From: an uncultured archaeon
GTDB taxonomy: Archaea > Asgardarchaeota > Heimdallarchaeia > Heimdallarchaeales > Heimdallarchaeaceae
NCBI GenBank assembly: GCA_964534625.1
Contig: CAZHRF010000052.1
Coordinates: forward strand, 1 to 17,611
Length of the DNA stretch: 17,611 bases
Direction: 5' to 3'
The notes under the pieces are model-generated. The model did not search any database. It was not told the origin of the DNA and worked only from the letters and a program-made list of their open reading frames with translations. The position numbers and the translations under genes were made by a program. This document shows, one piece after another, positions 16,126 to 17,611 of the stretch (its first letter is position 1; the number at the start of each line of letters is the position of its first letter).

Positions 16126-17400
16126 ATGAATGACAGATTATCTAACGATGTATATGATGTTATAGTGGTCGGCGGTGGACCAGCTGGTTCATCAGGTGCC
16201 TATCATGCTGCCCAAAACGGATTAAAAACAATTTTGATTGAAAAAAAGAAATTGCCTAGAGACAAACCTTGTGGAGGGGCTCTATCAGAACGAGCTCTAG
16301 ATTATCTTGGGAAACAAGCGCTTGATTCGATCAATTGTAAGGTTAAACAATTAGCCTTATTTTCGCCCTCCTTAGATTCGTTTGTGTATCAAGGTGAACC
16401 AGGATATTTTATTGTACGGGAAGTATTTGATACAGCAATGGTTAGGGATGCTGAAGCGCAAGGAGCTGAGGTTGTTGAAGAAGCAAAAGTTGTAGACATA
16501 AGTACAAATGGCTCAAATAGGTACCAAGTTACAATTGAAAAGGGAGAAGAAAAAAAAACAATTGAATCAAAGTATGTATTTTTAGCTACAGGTGTTCAAA
16601 ATAATCCACTCATAAAAAAACTAGGGATCAGAAAGAGATGGCCAGAAGGGCACCTAGCCATGTGTGTAGTGTCAGAAACACCTGTTGAAAGCAATATCTT
16701 GGATTCCCATGAAATATATTCAGACACAACTTTAGCTATTTATTTTGGGATCGTGCCTAAAGGATATGGCTGGTACTTTGTAAAGGACGGATATATCAAC
16801 ATAGGCATAGGTGCAACATGGCTAGATATCAAAGATAAGGGAGCAAAAAATGTTTATAATGAGTTTGTACAACTATTAAAAAAACAGAAACATTTACCAG
16901 AGGATATTAAACTCACCAGATCAAAATCGCACACTCTTGTATTCAAGAAGACAGCAAAAACAATTATCAAAGACAACATCTTACTCTTAGGAGATGCAGC
17001 GGGGTTTGTTTCTCCTGTAAGTGGCGAAGGCATTTATTATAGTGTTAAATCAGGATATTTAGCAGCTAAAACAGTTAAAAAAATCCTTGATAATGGAGGA
17101 AAAATAGAACCTTATGAGAAGGAAATCTATAAAGATTTTGGCAAGGATCTAAATAGAAGCGGATTATTCCTTCAGAAAACGCTATATTCACATCAAAAGA
17201 CAATGGAACTCGCGGTTAAACTAGGTAAACATGACGATAAAATGGCTAAATTAATTACGAGAATGGTATATGGCATAACTAGCTATAGAACATTTGTCTG
17301 GAGAGCACTAATAAGAGCACCCATCTCCTTGATAAAATTACTTTTTAAGAGAGGAGAAAAGAAAAAGGGAAAGGGAAAGGGAAAGGAAAAAAAAGAATAA
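16126..17400 (+). CDS. Geranylgeranyl reductase family FAD-dependent oxidoreductase
   Basis: YDVIVVGGGPAG dinucleotide fold, RDKPCGGAL, REVFD, PKGYGWYF and LLGDAAGFVSPVSGEGIYYS. SD-like GAGGATGA upstream. Confidence 0.9.
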   Translation: MNDRLSNDVYDVIVVGGGPAGSSGAYHAAQNGLKTILIEKKKLPRDKPCGGALSERALDYLGKQALDSINCKVKQLALFSPSLDSFVYQGEPGYFIVREVFDTAMVRDAEAQGAEVVEEAKVVDISTNGSNRYQVTIEKGEEKKTIESKYVFLATGVQNNPLIKKLGIRKRWPEGHLAMCVVSETPVESNILDSHEIYSDTTLAIYFGIVPKGYGWYFVKDGYINIGIGATWLDIKDKGAKNVYNEFVQLLKKQKHLPEDIKLTRSKSHTLVFKKTAKTIIKDNILLLGDAAGFVSPVSGEGIYYSVKSGYLAAKTVKKILDNGGKIEPYEKEIYKDFGKDLNRSGLFLQKTLYSHQKTMELAVKLGKHDDKMAKLITRMVYGITSYRTFVWRALIRAPISLIKLLFKRGEKKKGKGKGKEKKE

Positions 17401-17611
17401 AGTTAAATTTTATACATCAAAAAATCCATGATTTTTTTTCTCCTTTATTTCTTTCACACTATTTCCTCTGTTTTTGGTAGACTGGTCTCAATTTGATTTT
17501 TAATTACATCCTTTGATCATCACACTATTACTATCACTAAACTGTTAACTATTTTTGTGCTCTTTATATAATTTTCAGTAGACTAGGATAATTGAAACAT
17601 ATGACACTATG

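Noticed and set aside
14752-17400. Idea that the GTPase's penultimate Cys is prenylated with help from the nearby geranylgeranyl enzyme
   Set aside because: ECE is not a prenylation motif, and GGR is a reductase, not a prenyltransferase.
17401-17611. T-rich tract, TTTATATA and ATG at 17601 as a possible terminator, promoter and next gene start
   Set aside because: Plausible but cannot be verified at the window edge in AT-rich DNA.
1-17611. CRISPR arrays, tRNA/rRNA genes, transposases, terminal inverted repeats
   Set aside because: None seen by eye; intergenic regions are short, AT-rich and lack regular repeats or GC-rich structure.

Overview
AT-rich archaeal-type genomic DNA. The gene content strongly suggests an Asgard archaeon (inference: four small GTPases, roadblock/longin domains, a V4R protein, a geranylgeranyl reductase and archaeal BRE/TATA promoters). 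The left flank holds a 3'-truncated metzincin-type metallopeptidase missed by the ORF track, a heterodimeric ABC exporter pair and an Mth938/AAMDC-like gene. The core (5177-16094) is a signalling cluster with two Rag/Gtr-like GTPases carrying roadblock/longin-like domains, an atypical small GTPase, a Rab-like GTPase, a CxxC/His zinc-finger plus winged-HTH protein and a V4R protein. It also encodes a ~1570-aa cell-surface protein with ~11 Ig-like domains, a transmembrane helix and a cytoplasmic longin domain. That domain aligns by eye with folliculin/SMCR8, including the arginine-finger 'ARG' motif. The leading hypothesis is a transmembrane receptor-GAP that relays an extracellular signal to Rag-like GTPases, a prokaryotic counterpart of the FLCN-Rag module. 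All family calls come from motif recognition by eye; no searches were run.
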